DNA from: Octopus sinensis
Taxonomy: Eukaryota
Assembly: GCF_006345805.1 (NCBI RefSeq)
Contig: NC_043001.1
Span: 87,792,001 to 87,856,000, forward strand
Length of the DNA stretch: 64,000 nt
Direction: 5' to 3'
Made by a program: the position numbers and the translations under genes. The notes beneath the pieces are model-generated. The model was not told the origin of the DNA. It saw nothing but the letters and a program-made list of their open reading frames with translations, and ran no database searches. Positions 60,286 through 64,000 of this stretch are shown piece by piece (the stretch's first letter is position 1; each line of letters opens with the position of its first letter).

Positions 60286-60722
60286 GTATGTTGGTCTGCT
60301 CTTTATCTCTTCCCCTCTCTCTCATATAAAGCCTGTTTTGCTGTTATTTTTCTTCTCTCCATCTCTCACTTACATGTATAAAGTCTGTTTTTCTGTTACT
60401 TTTTCTCTCTCTATCCCTCTCTTACTTCTATAAAGCCTGTTTTTCTGTTATCTCTATCTCTCTTACAATTTTATAGTAAAACAGTGTTGACCTATCTTTG
60501 AGAACTTCTCTATTCTCATTTCTGTGTTGCTGTCCTTGTTATTTCTCTACCATTCCTGTTCCCTGATACCATCACCATGACATATCCTTCCACCACCACC
60601 ACCACTTTGTATCTCTCTCTAATTTCTGTTCCTCATCCCCACCAATATCTCTCTACCATCCACTACCACCACCATATCTCTCTATTCTTTCTGCTATCTA
60701 TCTCCACTCCCATCAAAACTGA

Positions 60723-60890
<168 letters not shown>

Positions 60891-60994
60891 TGATATCAAA
60901 CCCCTCTCTTTCAGTAACTTTCACTTTCTATTCCTCTCTTTAAGTCTCCCTATTTCTCTATTCCTGTCTCTATTATTCAATACTTCCACTCTTA

Positions 60995-61660
60995 GAAATG
61001 AAATTTCAGGTGTGGAAGCAAGGCCTGGAATCTAAAGGCTTTAGAGTTAATTTAGCAAAGACCAAAGTCCTAGTAAGAAAACAGACAAGTCACAAGTCCC
61101 TTCTGAGAAATAGCCCTGCTCAAAATGTAAGAAGTGTTTTGGTAGAAATTCCATACATTGTACCCTGTGCAAGCTTTGGACACCTAAGAGATGTAGCATT
61201 ATCAAAGGAAGGTTTACAGAGAATATAATCTTTGTGTGTGACAAATGCAGATACAATAAGCACTAAAAATGCACAGACAGTAGACTCCCTCAAATGCTTG
61301 GGTGGTGGGGATCATTAGAAGTAGTAATTAGCTTCTGTTACCATAGAAATTAGCATTGGTGGAGGAAGTTCTGAAAGTGTAGTTGCTAGAATAAGACAAG
61401 CTAGGCAAAGTTCAGAGAGCTTCTACCTTTGTCGTAATTAAGGGTTTCTCCCTCTGAGTGAAAGGCAGACTGTATGATACATGTGTATGTACAACTATGT
61501 TACATGGTAGTGCAACATGGGCTTTGATGTCAGAGGACTTGTAAAAGCTTGAAAGAAATGAAGCTAGCATGCTCCATTGGATGGATAATATTAGTGTGCA
61601 TGTGCAACAGAGTGTAAATAATTTAAGAGGGAAACTGGGTATAAGAGGTATCAGATGTTA
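60995..61660 (+). mobile_element. Older RTE fragment, sense orientation
   Basis: FQVWKQGLESKGFRVNLAKTKV matches the RTE at 57600-57650; degenerate after that. Confidence 0.75.
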
Positions 61661-63186
61661 TTTTCTATATCAAATGTTTATAATTACACATGTTTTCTAT
61701 ATCAAATGTTTATAATTACACACATTTTCGGTAAAAGGTTGGATAGGCTTACAATGACTTAACATTGAGCTGTTCAAATACCATAGATTGCAGTTCAAAT
61801 AACAAACCACATGCAATCTATCTCTTAACCTGAGAGAGACCTTTGTTATCAGCAGAGGTAATAGCTCCATGAACTTTTTCCAACCCATTCTTACTTTGGT
61901 TACTATACTTTCAAATCAACCACCTCCACTCCAAAGTATGTCATCTAGGCAGCTATTGACCACTTCTAGTGAGTCAGTTTCAGAGAATCTATTTCTATCC
62001 TACTTTTAGTGCCACTGCAATGGTGTATCTGCCACATATGAAGCCTGCATTCTCTTTGAGCATGCTTGTGATTCCACTACACTTCTTGTGTGTCTAAAGT
62101 TTATACTTGGTACAGCATATAGTATTCCTACCTACTCCACTTTTGCATACCAAGTTCCAGTATTATTTTATACTCTCCAATACCTTAGTCTTTACTAAGT
62201 TTATCGTAAGTTTTTTTTTATTCTAGGCTTTGTTTCAACAACTGTATTCCTTCTAATTTTTCATATATAAACTCTTTACAAAGTTTCCAACAACCAAAAT
62301 CTACTCATGAGGTATTTTGTCAACTTGAGGTTATGGTAAAATGTATTTGCCTTAAGTACTGCTTAGTGATATAATGTATAAGAGACTGTCACATCATCTT
62401 CATCACTCTCCCTCATTCTCTTATTACAAACCTTGTGACTGCTACAAACTGTCAGTACCAAGTTCACTTTTATCACATCTACCAAATCTCCTTAAATCAC
62501 ACTCTGCCACTTTTTAAAAGAGTAAGAACAAATTGCATGATGGAGTCCTAGATACTCTTCAAAGACAGGATGTCCACAGCTGGAATGCCTTTGGTGATGG
62601 CTCTGTTTTATCAGAGTTGACCTGATGTTAAACAGCAATAACAACAATCTCTGATCCCTTTGATTCCAGCTTTCATCCAATCTAGCTACCATCTACTGCC
62701 ATATCCTCACCTGCCTCAGCTCTACCATCCACTACCTCTGTCACCACTACCGTCAAATGTCTGCACCATGATGAGAATTTTACATAGTCACTTGATCTGC
62801 TAGAAATAACAGCTGATCTCCCTTAAATCACACCTTTGTACATGCATGGAAATGGAAAGAACCATTACTTGATGTAGTACTAGATAAGTCATCAATGACA
62901 AGATGTTTGATAGGAATACTTTTAGTCATTGTTCTGCTCCTGCTCATTCAATGCTGACATGGAGCTAATGCACAAAACCTTTAGTGTTGGTTCCATCCAC
63001 AATCATGACATATCCACACTACTATCACTTACCTCTACACAAGCAACCATTCATCATTGTCACACGTCCATGTCACTTCTGTTCTAACTATTGTTACCTT
63101 CTACCATCATATGTCCATATCTCTTCTCCAGCTAACTTCCCCTTATGTTACATGTCTGTAAACTGTATCTGCATTTCTTGATTCAG

Positions 63187-63344
63187 GTATCGGTGCTCTG
63201 TATGTGAGGCGGCGTCCTAGAGTAAGAATTGACCCACCCCAAAGTGGTGGTGGTCAGGAGAGAGGAATTCGAAGTGGTACAGTACCAACACCATTGGTCG
63301 TTGGTTTGGGAAGAGCTTGTCAGATTGCTGAAGAAGAACACGAG
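63187..63344 (+). CDS. NFS1: NFS1 exon 8 (gene continues beyond window)
   Basis: cag|[53 protein letters not shown]. Similarity stops at 63344, followed by GCTGGT. The catalytic Cys exon is not in the window. Confidence 0.93.
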
Positions 63345-63755
63345 GCTGGTTTACATTACTATTTTCTCTCAGTTTTTCAAATACTCAGTGTTATTAAGAA
63401 AAATGTACTCATTTTTTTTTCTACCAAACTTTTTGAATTTGTTGCAGAATTGGTATAGTGATGGCTGAAATGCTTTGCATTACATTCCTTTGCATTTTTG
63501 AGTTCAAATACCACCAAGATTGGCTTTGCCTTTCATACTTTCAGGAATCAGTAAAATAAGTTGCAGTCAAATACTGGCAAAAGAAGGAACATTTCTAATG
63601 AATTGTTTCATTGTTATCAAGAAGTTCACTTCCCCATCATGTGGTTTTAGTTTTAGTCATGGCTGGCAACTTGGGTGAGTGTTATTCACTATACCCCAGG
63701 ACAAACAAAGCCTTGTGAATAAATTTGGTAAACGGTAACTGAAACACTCTTGTCA

Positions 63756-63803
<48 letters not shown>

Positions 63804-64000
63804 TGTATATCCTTATCTTCTATTTTTTTTCTGTCGCTAGACTGTGGCCATGCTGAGGTACTACCTTGAAGTATTTTAGTTTAGTGAATCGACCCTAGAA
63901 CTTATATTTTTAAAGCCTGGTACTTATTCTAGCGGTACCTTCTGCTGAACTGCTAAGTTACAGAGATGTAATTACACCAACACCAGTTGTCAAATGGCGG

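Overview
AT-rich, microsatellite- and transposon-dense eukaryotic DNA, most likely octopus (inferred from the SINE/RTE repeat families and general composition; not database-confirmed). The left ~37 kb holds a head-to-tail + strand array of four paralogous, apparently intronless genes for low-complexity Ser/Arg/Asp-rich proteins with no family I recognise: copy A (3' end only, 1-318), copy B (10019/10213-14379, damaged), copy C (25206-29651) and copy D (35733-36899). Copies B-D share upstream and downstream non-coding DNA, a perfect CRE (TGACGTCA) 79-82 bp before the start, and a 3' TATATTGTAT element. A ~45-aa W-D-x-x-F-Y...E-M-P C-terminal module is single in D, amplified about 9-fold in B and decayed in C. 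B and C have each expanded different internal repeats. The right ~17 kb holds the first 8 coding exons of mitochondrial cysteine desulfurase NFS1 (47049-63344, continuing past the window), apparently with a GC splice donor after exon 8. The rest is transposon debris: Tc1, pogo/Tigger, hAT-Buster, a mariner foldback, L1/Tx1-like and RTE LINEs, tRNA-derived SINEs, Helitron-like ends, and two Penelope-type minimal hammerhead ribozyme motifs. No CRISPR arrays, rRNA or true tRNA genes were seen.
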